Positions 62,732-64,000 of a stretch of DNA of 64,000 nucleotides are shown here, in pieces. Origin of the DNA: an uncultured Chloroflexia bacterium (GTDB lineage: Bacteria > Chloroflexota > Anaerolineae > CG2-30-64-16); NCBI GenBank assembly GCA_963810095.1, contig CAWEMM010000008.1:64001-128000 (forward strand), given 5' to 3'. The translations under genes were made by a program, and so were the position numbers. Position 1 is the stretch's first letter. Every line of letters starts with the position of its first letter. The notes beneath the pieces were generated by a model. That model saw only the letters and a program-made list of their open reading frames with translations. It was not told the DNA's origin and did not search any database.

Positions 62732-64000
62732 GTGAAAGCCTTCCTGATGTATCCGCAGCGGGATTTCGACGTGAAGCAGGCGTTGCCGCCGAATGCAGAA
62801 GCCCTGGTGCAGGACCTCGAGCTCAGCACCTTGTTCGCCGCGATGGCGCACGGCGACAAGTTCCTGTTCGAGGTGGCCCGGGTTGCCGTTTTGTCCGGCG
62901 CGGACGCCGACGTGCGCACGATCCTGTATCGGCAGGGCGTGCTCAAAGACTGCCTGAACCATGCGGCGCTCATTCGGCAGATCTACGACTTGGCTGTGGA
63001 CACCATCGAACGCGAGAAGCATGTGTGGTGGGGCGCATTCGGGAGAATGCCGGACACAATACTGCACCGGTCGGTCGAAGTGCTTGAGCTATTCGTCGGC
63101 GTGCTCAAGACGTTGAGGCGGATCGCCGACGAGCATGTTTCAGGCTTCGAGTCGGAGGGCTTCAAGGCGTTCTTCGCCATGCTCCAGCGGGAGCTCGACG
63201 ACGTGTTCTTTGCCGAGGTCCAGCAGCACGTGCGCAATCTCAAGTTTCGCGACGGCATCCTGGTCAGCGCGCAGCTCGGCCAGGGCAACCGGGGGGTGGA
63301 CTACGTGCTGCGAAAGCCGAACCGCAAGCAAGGCAACTGGTTCCAGCAGGCATTGGGGCCGCGGCCGACCGCCTATTCCTTCCGTATCGCGGATCGGGAC
63401 GACAACGGTGCGCGGGCCCTCTCCGAGTTGCGGGACCGGGGCGTCAACCTGGTGGCAAACGCGGCCGCCCAGTCATGCGACCACATCCTTTCGTTCCTCA
63501 CGCTGCTGCGCACCGAGCTCGCCTTCTACGTGGGTTGTCTGAACCTGCACGACCGGCTACAGGAGAAAGCCACGGCAACGTCCTTCCCGGTTCCCTTGCC
63601 GCCGACGGAGTGCCGGCACACGGCGCGCGGGCTGTACGACGTTTGCCTGGCACTCGTCGTCGACCAGCCGGTGGTGGATAACGACCTGGACGCTGACGGC
63701 AAGAACCTTGTCGTCATCACCGGCGCGAACCAGGGGGGCAAGTCTACCTTCCTGCGGGCCATTGGCCTGGCCCAGACGATGATGCAGTGCGGCATGTTCG
63801 TGCCGGCCGAGGCGCTGACAGCGAACGTCGCGGATCGCGTCTTCACGCACTATAAGCGCGAGGAAGATGAGAGCATGAAAAGCGGCAAACTCGACGAGGA
63901 GTTGGGCCGGATGAGCGAGATCGTGGACCACATGACCCCGGATTCCCTGCTGTTGCTAAACGAGTCGTTTGCCGCTACGAACGAGCGGGAGGGATCGGAG
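62732..64000 (+). CDS. MutS-related ATPase B (runs off the window end)
   Basis: GTG start after AAGGAG; [36 protein letters not shown] and [14 protein letters not shown]; open to the window end. Confidence 0.85.
   Translation, partial: MKAFLMYPQRDFDVKQALPPNAEALVQDLELSTLFAAMAHGDKFLFEVARVAVLSGADADVRTILYRQGVLKDCLNHAALIRQIYDLAVDTIEREKHVWWGAFGRMPDTILHRSVEVLELFVGVLKTLRRIADEHVSGFESEGFKAFFAMLQRELDDVFFAEVQQHVRNLKFRDGILVSAQLGQGNRGVDYVLRKPNRKQGNWFQQALGPRPTAYSFRIADRDDNGARALSELRDRGVNLVANAAAQSCDHILSFLTLLRTELAFYVGCLNLHDRLQEKATATSFPVPLPPTECRHTARGLYDVCLALVVDQPVVDNDLDADGKNLVVITGANQGGKSTFLRAIGLAQTMMQCGMFVPAEALTANVADRVFTHYKREEDESMKSGKLDEELGRMSEIVDHMTPDSLLLLNESFAATNEREGSE

Noticed and set aside
61153-64000. Mismatch-repair mutS
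   Set aside because: No N-terminal mismatch-binding (GxFYE) domain and no mutL in the window

Overview
GC-rich, gene-dense bacterial window. The gene families resemble Chloroflexota/Anaerolineae, but this is an inference only. It is an accessory stress/detoxification region with five blocks. (1) 0.1-7.5 kb: redox/sulfur genes, including a polyferredoxin membrane protein, OsmC, DUF2892 and a tauE - persulfide dioxygenase/rhodanese - SoxB-like operon. (2) 7.9-12.5 kb: Crp/Fnr regulator with small, partly decayed genes and an FAD monooxygenase. (3) 12.8-30 kb: a ~14 kb minus-strand gene run starting with an uncharacterised B12-binding enzyme, a Cys1-less asparagine-synthetase homologue and an opine dehydrogenase, then PII-like, CaCA, CPA2, CBS and mrpA'CDEFG genes; it is divergent from rpiR-CBS-ArsB/NhaD. 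(4) 30.3-53.2 kb: a ~23 kb arsenic/thiol-redox island with 4 ArsR-type regulators, PadR, acr3, 2 ArsP, 3 ArsC domains, a two-domain ArsM, a radical SAM, 2 FmdE, NifX-like, DUF169, a stand-alone GcvH-DGC-DGC-OsmC-AhpD-Trx-CcdA module and a glycoside hydrolase. (5) 53.6-64 kb: a fluoride island with two crcB-motif riboswitches, one before eno-phosphatase-ppa-crcB-DUF190/CBS and one before MFS plus tandem MutS-like ATPases. Many CDSs carry single-base frameshifts that look like long-read indel errors, so several gene boundaries are reconstructed by hand. No CRISPR array, rRNA, tRNA, transposase or integrase was recognised. All family assignments come from motif recognition, not database searches.
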